From the IMG/VR virus record IMGVR_UViG_3300030397_000329, positions 1-35,911 of that record: 35,911 bases of DNA; one strand, written 5' to 3'. Under the pieces are notes generated by a model. The model did no database searches. It saw nothing but the letters and a program-made list of their open reading frames with translations, and was not told the DNA's origin. Made by a program: the position numbers and the translations under genes. Below are positions 34,882 through 35,911 of the stretch, piece after piece (within the stretch, counting starts at the first letter, position 1; each line of letters opens with the position of its first letter). Source of the DNA: a virus. Its lineage: Duplodnaviria > Caudoviricetes.

Positions 34882-35729
34882 ATCGCCCACGCCATCTGCT
34901 CGTCGTCTTCTCCGATGCCCCGATCAGAGTTGCAACCGTGGTGCGCTGTTCGAAGATTCTCCACGGTGTCGGGCCCCCCAAGAGATTTGGGTACTATGTG
35001 GTCAAGAGAGGGGTATGTATATCCTACGACAATGGTAACGCGCCCGTCACTCCCCAATACTTCTTCAAAATCTGACGGGTCTGTCTGATCGCCGCATATT
35101 TGGCACGCCCACCCGTCCCGTTCATATATGCAGTGCCTGGTCTTGGTAGTTACTGGCCGCACCCGGCGGCACGCCTTTGAACAAAAGCGCCACCTCTTCG
35201 ATCGGCCAACTTTCAGTTCACCACAACCCTCACATTCACGGATATAAACGGCACTTGACGTGCGCCGATGTCCGAGGGCTAGGCGCATACACTCCTCGCT
35301 GCAGTACTGGCGGCGGACCAAAATACGAACAGCGCACCACTCACAGCGGCGATACGCTGGTTGCTGAAACTTCGCAACTATCGCTGCAACGGTGCCATCT
35401 CGATCGGCCCACTTCTCAGCAATCGGGGTTTTTCGCGTGCTGTAAAGCCTTCCGGCCTCTCGACAGAGGGATGAGCAGTAAGGCGACCGCCCTGGAAGCC
35501 CAGATCGTCCGCACCACTTGCAATTGCGCGCTGCCCTTGCCTTCGCTGTTCGTATTTTTTGCGACTGCGCCTGTCGGGCCCTTACGTGCGCTGCTTGACG
35601 GTCAGCAGCACAGTTTGAACAAAACCGATGATTTCCGTTCGACGCTCGAAATGGAGCGCCGCAATCACCACAGGAACGAATCTTCTTAGGCACCGGTTGA
35701 TAGTTGGCCCGCCTCTTAGGCAACTCCAC
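34878..35729 (-). CDS. HNH endonuclease with four N-terminal Cys repeats
   Basis: Repeated CxxC...[FY]CSxxC; IYERDGWACQIC...SLDHIVP...AHHGCN. Confidence 0.88.
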   Translation of the reverse strand: MELPKRRANYQPVPKKIRSCGDCGAPFRASNGNHRFCSNCAADRQAAHVRARQAQSQKIRTAKARAARNCKWCGRSGLPGRSPYCSSLCREAGRLYSTRKTPIAEKWADRDGTVAAIVAKFQQPAYRRCEWCAVRILVRRQYCSEECMRLALGHRRTSSAVYIRECEGCGELKVGRSKRWRFCSKACRRVRPVTTKTRHCIYERDGWACQICGDQTDPSDFEEVLGSDGRVTIVVGYTYPSLDHIVPKSLGGPDTVENLRTAHHGCNSDRGIGEDDEQMAWAI

Positions 35730-35911
35730 ATCCCGCCGTTCCTCCCACCGGTACGCGCGGGGCCTGCACGAATCCGAACAATATTTGCGGTTACCGTGGC
35801 CGGAAAAAACCTTAGAACATATTCACGCATGCGATCCGAGCCACGACTACATCCACCAGCCAAATCTGGACCTTTTTAGAGAGACACACACACAGATCGT
35901 GACTGGGAAAC

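Noticed and set aside
35730-35911. Exact cos site
   Set aside because: Gene order implies the genome end is near here, but the window ends do not overlap and no cut site can be defined

Overview
Near-complete ~36 kb genome of a tailed actinobacterial phage (HK97-type head, non-contractile tail); WhiB, an LPXTG protein and Thr-rich secreted proteins suggest an Actinomycetota host, possibly Acidimicrobiia. Essentially all genes are on the minus strand. Reading from 35911 down: HNH, terS, terL, portal, protease, major capsid, HNH, two glycosyltransferases plus an epimerase, head-associated and neck genes, two tail-tube paralogues, tape measure, distal tail genes, a LAGLIDADG endonuclease, a minor tail protein, endolysin and holin, an exonuclease, then a terminator and an early promoter. 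The early region follows: HTH, membrane and surface proteins, a decayed HNH, DNA methyltransferase, WhiB, exonuclease, SSB-like protein, AAA helicase, an iteron region, resolvase and a packaging HNH. No integrase is seen. Main finding: two unrelated genes, the DNA methyltransferase and a minor tail protein, are each interrupted inside a motif by an in-frame codon-STOP-synonymous codon insert of 6 nt (CCT TGA CCC and CGA TAA CGC). Each lies immediately downstream of a free-standing homing endonuclease whose G-rich 3' end can pair with the sequences flanking the insert. This looks like a minimal homing endonuclease plus ribosomal stop-hop cassette, analogous to T4 mobA/gene 60 but with a 6-nt insert. 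Functional calls come from motif recognition only; no database searches were run.
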